Shown here piece by piece: positions 46,398 through 58,761 of a DNA stretch of 64,000 nucleotides (positions within the stretch are counted from its first letter, which is position 1; every line of letters starts with the position of its first letter). This DNA comes from Scleropages formosus (lineage: Eukaryota): contig NC_041806.1 in NCBI RefSeq assembly GCF_900964775.1, forward strand, positions 16,582,297-16,646,296. Direction: 5' to 3'. The position numbers and the translations under genes were made by a program. The notes under the pieces were generated by a model. The model saw only the letters and a program-made list of their open reading frames with translations. It was not told where the DNA came from and searched no databases.

Positions 46398-49300
46398 TTT
46401 TTTTTTTTTTTTTTTTTTAGTATCGTCGACGGACAAGTGGGCTTAGCGGTTTTAGTAGGCCGTGTGTGCGTTCAGTGTTTCTTCAGTCTTTTATGGGGCG
46501 GATACTTAAAGTCAATTAGCATAAGTTGTCTAAAACATGTCTTTTAAATTATTATTACATGAACAATTCAAGCACACAGTACAGAACATAACACAGAGCA
46601 ACCAAAGTCAAACAGAGGGCAGTATGCAAAAGCTAGCTAGAAATAAATAAATAAATAAAATAGGAGAAACTACAAGTCACTCCAATTGTATTTTATAAAA
46701 ACCTTTAAGAAATTACAATATTTCAGTTGTTTCAATGACCTTATTAGAACACACTTCAGTGGTTTTTATGTACTGTTTAGATTTTCTACAAAAAAACAAA
46801 GGTTTTTTGTTAGCAAATTTGGAATTATGTATATGGTATTTGGGGGCGCGGTGGGTTGGACCGGGTCCTGCTCTCTAGTGGGTCTGGGGTTCGAGTCCCG
46901 CTTGGGGTGCCTTGCGGCAGACTGGCGTCCCATCCTGGGTGTGTCCCCTCCCCCTCCGGCCTCACGCCCTGTGTCACCGGGTAGGCTCCGGTTCCCTGTG
47001 ACCCTGTATGGGACAAGCAGTTCTGAAGTGGAGGTGTGGTGGCGCAGTGGGTTGGACCACAGTCCTGCTCTGTGGTGGGTCTGGGGTTCGAGTCCCGCTT
47101 GGGGTGCCTTGCGGCGGACTGGCGTCCCGTCCTGGGTGTGTCCCCTCCCCCTCCAGCCTCATGCCCTGCGTTTCCGGGTAGGCGCCGGTTCCCCGTGACC
47201 CTCCATTGGACAAGCGGTTCAGAAAATGCATGCATAAAAAGACAATAGTAGTTGTTTATAGAACACATTCATTCAAGATATGCAGGATAAGGTGTTACAC
47301 CCCATGTATATATTACAATGGTTGTACACAAAGACCCAATCCAACCAACATCACCATGAAGCCATAGCGAACAACCTTCAGTATTACAGTATTGACAACA
47401 AATGTATCTCCATGACTCAAGACCAAGAAGCTAGGCTATAGGGTACCAACATGGGTATTTCACTGACTGAGGTTGTTAAGTGGGCACTTCTGGAAGACTC
47501 AACAGCACAGCCTGGCATCCCAGACTCACCACGCACACACTGAATGCCCTTCACCCTCAACAAATACTACAACTCCACAAACTCAACTACCCCAGTTAAA
47601 CCACAGCATCTACTATCCCTTCAAATGCACCACCTTCAGAAACTCAAATCATGGATTACCGCTATACTTGCCAGCAGAAACTACAAATGCCCCACTCTGC
47701 AAACTTAAATTACCCTAATTAACCAAGCCACACCTCCTTAATTACTGCCAGCTGCCTCCCTTTACTAGCTACCTGCTGCTGATTTTACCACCACTGCACA
47801 CCTCCCTTCAACCTGTAACCCCAACTACCCTGCTCTGTTCTCAACCATAACTACTGACTTGCCTTCTCAGCTGTCTCAGACAGCTCCTTCACTGCCACCC
47901 TGAACAAGCGGCCTCTAACATCAAATTCCCCCAACAATGGCGTAGCTGATTTAGCCACAAACCCCCTAACCCCTGCCTCTCCCTGTCTCTTGTGAGCCCT
48001 CCACCCATGGTATCTTGCCTCTGCCACCAGATCTGCATACTTTAAGTGTCCACTTGTATGCCTTCCCAATAACATCCTCAAACGTCACTGTTGACTCTAC
48101 AAAGTGCACAATCCACTCACAATCTATCTGGGCTCAATGAAGTAACCACAATGGCCTACAGAACCTGGAGCTGTTTGCACACATTAGCCAGCAGCTTCCA
48201 GTCCCATGTTTTACCCCACCTACCATGGCACATCCACTCTTGTATAATGCTACTCTCTTCTGCCCACACAAATCCAATCGTTTTAGGTATACTGCAAATA
48301 GGCAAAGAATTCACCACTTGCTGCTTGCTCTCAAAAACAGCTGCTAAACATCTAAGAACTTCATTATGGTGCCAAGTATAGCACCCCTGCACTAAGCTAA
48401 CCTTAAACCCTGACAAAATGTGCCTCAACATTGCTATACAACTTACAAGAATCATCACCACCTGCCCACTGCTTAACATTCTGTGGCGCTGGCAGCACAT
48501 CATACTGTAAGTCGCTCCATCAATGAACTTAAGGCAGCTCCATAGCCCACACATCTTGCCAGCATAGCTTCCTCTTCTCCCCATCTTCCCAGTGTATCCA
48601 CTGACCCTGCTTAACTAATGCAACCTCCTTTGCATGCCTCGCTTTCTCTTCCTTCTTCTGAACCTGCTCAACAACCTGCCGCTGTTTGTGTGCTTCCAGG
48701 GCATCACTTCACAACCGCTGTATATGGCCAGAGCCAAACCTTGCCTTCCCCCTTTGCACGTGTCCAACCCTGTCCAACAACATCAGCACCTTTTTTGCGT
48801 TTTGGACTGCATTTCTGGAGTTCCACCCCCTACCTGTCCTCACCGATGGCACCACCTTTTTCACAAACTGTCTTTTGACTGTGCTAGAGTTAGCTCCAAA
48901 CCCACCTTCGGACACATATACTTCTCAACCAAAGTGGTTACCAGCAGCTCCAACATGCCTTTACCGTATAATTCTATTTTACTTACAGCATGGCACTCCC
49001 AGCCACCTTCTTACTACTAACCCGTTCGAGCTTCTCAGTCTCCCAGACAGAAAGCTCATATACCATAAGTGGCCACTTAATACATGGCAACATCCTGAAC
49101 TGCAGATAACACAACATTGATTCATCCCTTCTCCCTGGGAAATTAATGCTCTGTACACCTTTCATAACTACCTCCCTTAGTGCCACAACCTGCTCCTTAT
49201 CACTTAACACGAAATTATACCACCTACCCAGGCTCCTAACTGGATTTTCCAGAATATATGGAATTACTTCCTCATCAGTACAAAACCTTTCCAGCAACAA

Positions 49301-49700
49301 CCAAGAGACTCCTTGATTTACTTAGCTTAACCTTTAACTTAACCCACTTCAAGTCATCACTGAGCTTAGAAAACAAACGACGAGTACAAGGAGCCATAGC
49401 CAAAACTGTCATCATATCTTTCACGAATGCTCTAATAGGGGGTAGGCACATCCTATCCCGCAACCTCTCACTGCCAACAACCCATTTGGAAGCCCTTATA
49501 ATAACTTCTATTGCTATTGTGAAAGCTAATGGCGAAATTGTACATCCAGCCATGATTCCAACCGATGGCAAGAGGTTGTTTAGCTTTCTGTACTAAGGCA
49601 AAACTGAATATTTCCAAAGTAGGCTTTCACCAGCCTCGAATCACTTTCAACGCCTCTCATGGCAAACTGTTTGGAACCGACCCAAAAAGTTTTTGCTAAG
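46398..49700 (-). mobile_element. Old L1-clade LINE remnant (RT-like ORFs, poly-A tail), boundaries approximate
   Basis: Poly-T run at 46398-46420 is a poly-A on the minus strand. Minus-strand ORFs 49275-49571 (AGCTISPLAFTIAIEVII...RAFVKDMMTV, resembling the L1 RT motif SPLLFNIVLE...FADDM) and 48983-49300 (..VIPYILENP..). A/C-rich and CpG-poor. Confidence 0.35.
46843..47235 (+). mobile_element. Tandem dimer of tRNA-derived SINE family 1
   Basis: Two head-to-tail copies (about 46843-47030 and 47031-47235), the first lacking the (GT)n tail. Inserted in the 3' region of the L1-like remnant. Confidence 0.75.
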
Positions 49701-50592
49701 TCCAGGAACAAGCATTGGCAATCCAAAGAGAAATGAGTTAGGAAGAGATGTGTTCTAAGAACCTTCGTGAGTGTTTAGGAAGCTTCAGCAGTTCTGAGTG
49801 AGAGGGGGAGGTCATTTAACCATGTTGGAGTGAGAACTGAAAATCTTTGTGCTTTCGATTTTGAACCTCCCATGTGTGGGACCACCAAGTAGGCAGAGCT
49901 GGAGGAAGGAATCACAAAGCACTTTAAAGCAGCTGGCCTGAGGACTTGATGAAAGACTGTTTTGGGAGAAGGACCATTTTGGATAGGACCCAGTGTCAGG
50001 CTTGTCTGGGTTGTGTTTCATTTTCTTTGGTTTTTACTTTTGTCTTGTGCTGCTGTAGTTTGTTTGCTGAGGACACCATGTCTCTGGTTTGGTCTTCATC
50101 TTATGTTTGAACAATAAATCTGTGAGGGTGATGGAATCTTTGCCCCAGTGCCTTTGTGCTACTCATATGGTTGTCTCCACCAAACTTCACTGTTTGAATT
50201 CACTGTTTTAGATTTCTGGATTGATTTTGCTCTCTGTACACTTGAGGACTAGAGAGACAAGCAGTTTCTCTTGACAGTGTGTTGTAACTTCCAGCATTTC
50301 TGCTTTTCTATTTAGGAGAAGGGAAGAATGTTCCGTGGATTGTTTAGAAAATCGCCCAGGCCTTCTGGAGCACCGGTAAATGTGACTTCTTTGTTTTTGT
50401 ATATGATGCACTTCTGCTCACATCTCTGTGCTGTTCTAAGTAAAAATTGAGCTGTTTTTTTTACTTGAAAGAATCTATTTTTCAGGACAGCCAGCCTATT
50501 AACAGTGATGAAACCTTCTCTGAGAGCAGAAACACAACGGTGAGTCTGGGATAAGGGTCAGTCTTAAAAACAACCATGACAAAGTCTTTGTA

Positions 50593-52236
50593 CAACCCCT
50601 GGCAAAAATTATGGAATCACCACACTTTGAGCATGTTTACCCAAATTTTTACTTCATAAATAATAAATAAAAATAAACAAATTACAGATACAACACAAAA
50701 CATTTTTTGTTTAATAGCTGGACATTCTGACTTTGTTGAACATACCTCAAACAAATTAAATTAAATTACTTTAATTAATAGCAATTTTTTTTCCAAATCA
50801 AGTAGAGGAAAAAATTATGGATTCACTTAATGTTAAGGAAAAAATTATGGAATCATCAACAAAAAAAATACAGTCAATACTTTGTCGTTCCTCCTGGGGC
50901 TTTTATGATGACCTGGATTCTTTGAGGCATTGACTTCACTAAGGAAAAACAATATTCTTCATCAATCTGGTTTCAACTTTCTCGAATAGCTGTTAACAGA
51001 TAGCTTTGCAGGATGGAGCCGTGTCATGGACCAGTTTTTTTTCAATTTCCACCATAAATTTGCTGGCCATGTCATTGAGTTGATATGCCTTTCCTGAAGA
51101 AAAGCTTTAACACTCTTTGCTCTGTGGCAAGATGCATTATCATCCTGAAAAATTACTTCATCATCACCAAACCTATTTTCTATTGATGCAATGAGAAAAG
51201 TGTCCAAAATTTCAATGTACACCTGGGCATTGACTGCTGAGGTCATGATTGCCATCTCACCTGACATATCATATCATAAATGACTGGGGAAATTTGATTG
51301 TTTTCTTGAGGCAGTCATCTTTATATGTTTCATTAGAAGGGCACCAGACTAAAGTTCCAGCATCATCACCTTGGCCAATGCAGATTCGTGATTCATCACT
51401 GAATATCACTTTCACCCAGTCATCCACACTCCATGATTGCTTCCCTTTAGCCCACTGTAACCTTGTTTTCGCCTGTTTAGGTGTTAGTGCTGGTTTTTGT
51501 TTGGCTTTTCTATATGTGAATCCCATTTCTTTCAGCCGATTTCTTACAGTTCTGTCGCAAACATTGACTCCAGTTTCCGCCCATTTGTTTTTCATTTGTT
51601 TTGTTGTGCATTTTCTATTTTCAAGGCATATTGCTTTGAGTTTTCTATCCTGACGCTTTGACGTCTTCCTTGGTCTACCCGTATGTTTTCCTTTTATTAC
51701 CTTCCCATTTTGTTTATACTTGCACCAAATTTTAAATACAGCTGACTGGGAACAACCAACTTCTTTTGCCACACTCCGTGTTGGATTTCCTTCTTGAAGA
51801 AGTTTTATTATCCTTTCCATTGTTTCTATTGACAACTCTCTTGTTGGGACCATGTTTCCTTTCAATTAGTCAAGTCCAACACCTCTTTAAGCTCAGTAAG
51901 CTCACTCTTTTAACTGCAGACTGATTTGCATTTTTTGACTTGTGTTTGTTTTAAAAATGCAAATACCAAGTGATTTCCTAATTTTTTCCTTAACATTGAG
52001 TGAGTCCATAATTTTTTTTCTTCTACTTGATTTGAAAAAAAATTCCATTAATTAAAATAACTTAATTTGTTTGAGGTATGTTTAATGAACCCAGAATATT
52101 CAGCTATTAAACAAAAATTGTTTTGTGTTCTCTCTGTTTTTTTTTTTTTTTTTTATTTGCTACAACGTAAAAAGCTGTGTGAACATCCTCAAAGTGTGGT
52201 GATTCCATAATTTTTACCAGGGGTTGTAGTTTAGGA
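50593..52236 (-). mobile_element. Tc1/mariner (Tc1-like, IR/DR type) DNA transposon, inactive
   Basis: Terminal inverted repeats CAACCCCTGGCAAAAATTATGGAATCACC and its inverse, flanked by TA on both sides. Internal DR copies of AAAATTATGGA(A/T)TCA occur about 200 bp in from each end. Transposase split over ORFs 51269-51865 (HTH, ..VIFSDESR) and 50962-51267 (..FQDDNASCHRAK..WPA). Confidence 0.85.
50962..51865 (-). pseudogene. Tc1 transposase, frameshifted near 51268
   Basis: DDE motifs DESR and FQDDNASCH. The two ORFs abut in different frames. Confidence 0.75.
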
Positions 52237-53213
52237 GGAAGGAGGATTTCTCAGTGGATGTTCAGATCACCACCTAATACCAACAAAGACTCATCACCTG
52301 ACAAAGTAATTTTTTGCTTAACTTTACCTTTTAGAAATTATTTGGCTCATGCCTTTATTGAAGGTGACTTGCAATCTCAGGATAAATACATCAATATTGA
52401 ACGCAAAAGGTAAGAGAGTGTGTTAAGGAATGTGATTGCAAAGGTAGGACTCCCATAAGAATCATATATGATACTGCATTTAGCATAATGGACAAATGTA
52501 GGAGGAGCAGAGGATCACATTGAGTCACAAAGACAGATTCAAACGTAGCTGGTGAGCTTCAAAGTAGAGGTGAAGGTGGCTGTGAGATAGGTCTTGAAAT
52601 GGTTTTGAAGTGGAAGCACTGCTAATACTGAGGGAAAGCTCATTCTAATCGCTTTGGTTGAAAAGAGTGAGAGTATGGAACCCTTTTTAGAGCATCTCAA
52701 AAGAAGGCATCAGAAGAAGGCAGCACAATGTAGAGTAGAGGATTTTCAGGTATGCACGTAGAAGAAAAACACTGGAGGTAATAAGGAGAGGAGCCATACA
52801 GGGAGCTCTTGGCCATGACAAGAGTCTTAAACTAGACTTGCAACAATAAGAAGCCAAGAAGAGAGCAGAGTTGAGGGGTGGTAACAGTAAAAAGGGCCAC
52901 AATATGCAAGACCAGCAGCATTGTGCATGAAACTGAGAAGATGGGTAATAGATGGAGGAACCCTTGCCACTAGAGAGTCTCAGTTGTCTAGCCAACGGAC
53001 AACAAGAGTTTGAACTGGAAGTAGAGTAGGACAGTTAGGCAGAGAGATGGATCTCATGGATAATTTGGAGGAAGAAGTAGCAAGACTGGGTCAGTGAAGT
53101 GATGTGAGTCTAGGAGAATGTTATCCAGATCCAAGAAGCATGAGGTTCTTGAAAGCGAGTTAAGATCAGAGGTTAACATTCTCAAGTAATTTTACATTTA
53201 TATTTTACATTTT

Positions 53214-53437
53214 GGGGGGCGCGGTGGCTCAGTGGGTTGGACCCGGTCCTGCTCTCCGGTGGGTTTGGGGTTTGAGTCCCGCTTGGGGTGCCTTGCAGCG
53301 GACTGGCGTCCCGTCCTGGGTGTGTCCCCTCCCCCTCCGGCCTTATGCCCTGTGTTGCCGGGTAGGCTCCGGTTCCCCGCGACCCCGTATGGGACAAGCG
53401 GTTCAGAAAATGTGTGTGTGTGTGTATTTTACATTTT
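53214..53437 (+). mobile_element. tRNA-derived SINE family 1
   Basis: TSD ATTTTACATTTT on both sides. (GT)n tail. Confidence 0.85.
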
Positions 53438-53825
53438 TTCATTTAGCAGACGCTTTTCTCCAAAGCGGTGTACATCTCATAGAAAATACAATTTGTGCAT
53501 TACCTTAAGAGAAAGAGACATAGAGTCAGGTGTGTGATTAAGTATAGTTTTTTTTTCCATCACCTTGTTCACCGATGTTCATCACACAAGTAGCTGTGTA
53601 AGACTTTACCAGAATATCGACAATTCCTCATCACTTTCCTAATAGTTTTTTTTGAGATACATATAAACATTTACGTTACATTGCAGGAATAGCTCTGTAA
53701 AGGATTGATCCGAGCGTGATCATGAACATTTATACCTTACATGAATTTAAGAGGTCATGGGCAAAGTGAGTCCAGAAGAGATGAATTTTAAGACTCTCTT
53801 TAAATGTGGACAAAGATTCAGCAGT

Positions 53826-56800
53826 TGTCAGCTCCAAGACTCGGGGACAGGAGATAGGTGTTTTGGACCCAAATGCGGGTGTGTTTATTCCGGATCCAAA
53901 AATACAGAGGCAGACAAAATCGGTGGTCAGGGACAGGCGTCTGTGTTCCGGGGCGCAAGCGTCGTTTCTGGTGCAAGACAACACTCAGTACACAGGAAAA
54001 CAAGCAGAGGTCGAAAGCCAGGTGAACACAGGAATGAGGAACAGGGTGTAAGGGCTGTCTTTTTATGTGCCTGGACCCTGTTCAGCTGCAGGTGTTGCTC
54101 GTTACTGAAGTGGAGGGCATGACAGTAACCCCCCTCCACAAGCGGCCCTTGATGGGTGCCTTCGGGGCCGAGGTGCAGGACAATTAGGGTGGTTCCGGTG
54201 GAACTCCGTGATAAGCTCAGGGTCAAGGATATCCCGAGCGGCCACCCAGCACTGTTCCTCCGGCCCATAGCCCTCCCAGTCGACTAAGTACTGCAAGACG
54301 CCACCCCGCCGACGGGAATCCAGTAGGGCCCGCACCCTGTACGCGGGGCCGTCCTCATCCGGCAGGGGCAGCGGAGGCGGTGAGTCCAGAGGTGGCTGAT
54401 GTAAGGAAGTGGCACAGGGTCAAAGGAAGGACACATGAAACTTTGGGTGGACCTTCAGGTGCGGGGGCAACTGGAGGCGATATGACACCGGTGTAATACG
54501 GCGGAGGATCTTATATGGCCCGATGTACCGAGGGCTTAGCTTCTTAGAGAAGTAAGCCCCCCGGAGACCTCTTGTGGACAGCCAGACCCTCTGCCCAGGT
54601 ACAAAGGAGAGCGGATGCCTACGGTGATCAACCTGTTGTTTTGTCAGGGTCTGACTGTGTTGGAGGTGTTGCTGTATGGTCTGCCAGACAGCTGCACTGT
54701 TCTGATATCAGGCATCCACCGCTGGTATGTCACTGGAGGCCAGGTGCCATGGAAACAAGGGGGACTGGTAGCCTAGAACGCACTGAAAGGGAGAGCAACC
54801 AGTGGATCCATGTGGCAGGGCGTTATGTGCGTATTCGGCCCAGGGCAAATACCTTACCTGCCGGGGCTGCTCCATGCAGTAGCTACGCAGGAACCGGCTG
54901 ATATCTTGCTGGAGCCTCTTCACCTGGCCGTTCAGTTGCGGATGGTACCCAGAAGTCAAGCTGACGGACACCCTGAGCTTCTGCCAGAAGGCCTTCCACA
55001 GACGTGAGGTGAACTGGGGTCCCGGTCTGATACTGTGTCCTCTGGCAGGCCAAAAAGTCGAAACGCGTGGAGAAATGAGCTCAGTGCTTTCAAGTGCAGT
55101 CGAGAGCTTGGGTAGGGGCACAAGATGGCAGGCTTTGGAGAAACGATCCACGACGGTCATTATAACAGTCTTACCGTCAGAGGCAGGAAGGTCCACAAGG
55201 AAATATAGGGCAATATGGGACCAAGGGCGATTGGGTACCGGTAAGGGCTCCAGGAGCCCTGCTGGCTTCAGGGTAGAGGGCTTCACCTGTGCGCACACCC
55301 TACAGGCCCGGACATAGTCCCGTGTGTCCTCAATCAGCGACAGCCACCAGAATCGCTTCTGAAGGATGGCTTGGGTCTTAGTATACCCTGGGTGGCCGGA
55401 GGTGGGATGATCATGGGCCCACTGCAGGATCGTGGCCCGCAGTCTGAGGGAACGTACTGTTTGCCTGCAGGTTTGCCTGGTAGTTCAGGTTCAGCGGCCT
55501 GGGCACAGGAGAGGTCCGGGCAAAAATCCCATTGTACAGGAGCCACGAAGCAGGTCTGGGGCAGGATGTATGCTGGGTCTCGCTCAAGGGGTTCTCGTTC
55601 ATACATGGGGGAGAGGGCGTCTGCCTTAGTGTTCTTACATCCTGGATGATAGGTGACCGTGAAATTAAAACGGGTAAAAAAAGAGGGTACACTTGACTTG
55701 TCGGGAGTTAAGGCGTCTCGCTGTCTGCAGATATTTCAAGTTTTTATGATCCGTGAGGACGACAAAAGGGTGCTTGGCCCCCTCTTGCCAGTGTCTCCAT
55801 TCCTCTAAGGCCGGTTTCACGGCGAGTAGTTCTCGATTTCCATTGTCGTAGTTCCTCTCAGCCGGTGACAACTTCTTAGAGAAACAGGCACACGGGTACA
55901 ATTTAGGCGGGTCCCCCTGGCGCTGGGACAAGACAGCCCCTACCCCTGTTTCAGAGGCATCTACCTCGACCATGAACGGGGCCACAGGATCTGGGTGGTG
56001 GAGGATGGGTGCGGTTGTGAACCTTTCCTTTAGGGAATCGAAGGTACGTTGTGCCTCCTCTGTCCAAGGCAATCGGGCTTTCTGGGAGGAGGTTAGGGCC
56101 CTCAAAGGAGCGGCAAGAGTACTGAAAGCCCGAATAAACTGGCGGTAAAAGTTTGCGAAGCCCAGGAATCGCTGGAAAGCCTTTACTGTGGTTGGTTGTG
56201 GCCATTGGAGAATCGCCCTTACCTTGTTTGGGTCCATAGCCAGTCCCTCCCTGCTTAGGATGAAGCCCAAGAATGCGATCTGCCTCTGGTGGAACTGGCA
56301 TTTCTCTCCTTTAACGAAGAGACGATTCTGCAACAAGCGCCGTAGGACTCGTCTGACTAAGGCCACATGCTCTTTCAGTGATGAGGAGTAGATAAGGATA
56401 TCATCCAGGTATACTAGAAAACCATAATTGAGGTCCCCAAGTACATGGTTAACAAAGGCCTGGAAAACACTGGGTGTGTTAGCAAGACCAAAAGGCATGG
56501 CGAGGTATTCAGTGGCTGAGGGAGGTGCTAATGACTGTCTTCCACTCATCACCCTCGAGGATCCTTATCAGGTTGTACGCACTTCGCAGGTCCAACTTAG
56601 TGTACCATTGAGTGCGGTGTACTTGTTCTAACGCAGCGGTGATAAGTGGCAAGGGATGCGGGTACCTGACTGTGACGTGGTTCAGGCCACGATAGTCTAT
56701 GTAGGGACATAGGCCCCCATCCTTCTTCTCTACGAAGAAGAACCCTGCGGCAGCAGGTGAGGTGGATGGGCGGATGATCCCTGCTGCGAGGGCTTTCGTG

Positions 56801-58761
56801 ATATACTGTTGCATAGCCTGTTGCTCAGGTAGGGAGAGCGAATAGACTCTACCCCGGGGAGGTGTAGCTCCCGGGAGGAGGTCTATGGAGCAATCCCAAG
56901 GCCGATGGGGTGGAAGCACAGCGGCCTGTTTCTTGCTAAATACTTCGGCCAGGTCTTGATATTCACGGGGTATTTCCACTGGCGGAGGAGAAACAGCACT
57001 CTCCACGGTCATGGCCCGGGAGGGAAGCTGCAAACACAACCTCCCACAACATGGTCTCCACGAAACCAGTTTACCTGTGCTCCACATAAAAACTGGGTCA
57101 TGTGTAGATAACCATGGAAAGCCAGGGATTACAGGTGTCTCAGGAGCGGTGATCAGGTAAAACTGAGCCTTTTCTTTATGACATGCCTCTACCTCCAGCT
57201 GAAGGGGTATTGTCTGTGTGTCCACAAACCCCCGTCCCAAGGGTTGCCCGTCCGGGGCACTTGCCCATAGTCGAGTAGCACAGCAGAGGGTAGGTATTTG
57301 GTGCGTCTTCGCAAATGTGGTGTCCAAGAAACTCCCGGCCGCCCCGGAGTCCACCAATGCTTGAACGGCCACAGAGGACTCGACCCAGGAGAGAACCACT
57401 GGCACCATGAGGTGGTTGCTACGGAGAATCCCACTCACCTGGGGCTTGGGACGAATGGGGCAGTGAATGCGAAGATGACCTGGGGTTCCACAATATAAAC
57501 AGAGGTGATCACAGATTTGGTGCTGTCACTGAGCTGGGGTGAGCTGGCCCTGCCTGAGGGGCAAGGTTTTGATCTCTTGTCTGGGTTTTACTTGCGGTTT
57601 ATGGGCTGGACTCGTGGCAGGCTCCCCTTCACGGGCGAGGTTGTCAAGGGCAATGGCGGTCTCGATGAACCGGTCTAGCGTCCTCCTCTCGCCCTGGAAC
57701 GAGAGCTCTTTTCGGAGCCTGGGGTGTAGTCCATGCCGAAAGCAGGCCAGCTGAGCGTTGGTGTCCCAGCCGCTGCACTCGGCCAGGATCCGGAACTCCG
57801 GAACTCGTACTCAGCTGCAGGGCATTTGCCTTGTTTCAGGTTAAAAAGGCTTTCAGTGGCGGCCTGGTGCGCGTGGGGATGTCCAAACACAGCCTGGAAG
57901 GGGGCCTTGAAATCCTCATAGGTGTACTGGGAACAGCGCCCCCAAACGGCAGTGGCCCAGTCTAGTGCCCGTCCAGTCAAGAGGGACACCAGGTACGTGA
58001 CTCGGCTCAGGTCTGTCTGATAAACATGGGACATACTGGAGAACATAAGTTCACACCGCAAAAGGAAGCCGGCACAGCGGGCAGGAGTACCGTCAAAATG
58101 GGTCAGGGGAGATAAGTGTGGTTGAGATGGCGTTGTGTTCAGCGGGTTAGGTGTCGCAGGAATAGATGCGCGTATCGCGTTGGGTGGCATGAGCACTCCT
58201 GGCATGTCCAGCGTGCTTACCAGTTCGTTGTAGGAGGAAATGAGGTTGTAAACCGCTCGTTCCGTCCCTCTCAGGCGCGCTTTGTGGACGTCCACTACCG
58301 CCAGTAGACGGTTCAGCTCCACTGGGTCCATGGTGCAGGTGGAACCTTCTGTCATGGTGTCCCCCTGGTGCGGATGCGTCGGACCAAAGTACGGAGCACA
58401 GGAAGTGAAGTCAAGGGGCGATCCAGTAGACATGGTCCAGGAAACGGGCAAAATGGTTACCGATCTGTGAACGGAATCCAGAGGGGAAATCCGAGAGTCG
58501 TTGTCCAGTAAACAGGCGAGAAGTCATAGCAAACCAGGGAGTTGTAGATGAGGAGCAGGACGAGGAGCAGATCAAGGAGCAGGACGAGGAGCAGGAACAG
58601 GGGAACAGGGAGGTCAGGAGATCTCAGGTAAGAATGAGAAGAGCAAGCAAGTAGAGAGGCTGAACAAGGTTCCGCAACTTCCTGCAGTCTGGGCTGTCTT
58701 TATGTGGCCGGACCATGTTCAGCTGCAGGTATTGCTCGTTACTGAGGTGGAGGGCATGACA
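53826..58761 (-). mobile_element. Ty3/Gypsy chromovirus (copy C) with non-matching LTRs, likely recombinant; pol frameshifted
   Basis: Right LTR 58350-58761 resembles the LTRs of copy A. Left LTR 53826-54124 shares only the terminal 80 bp or so. The 5-bp flanks differ (GCAGT vs AGGAT). Internal: gag ORF 57675-58451, PR/RT 56509-57438 ([12 protein letters not shown]), RT/RNase H 55665-56552, IN 54708-55298, chromodomain 54102-54335 ([19 protein letters not shown]). PPT GGAGGGGGGTTAC. Confidence 0.7.
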
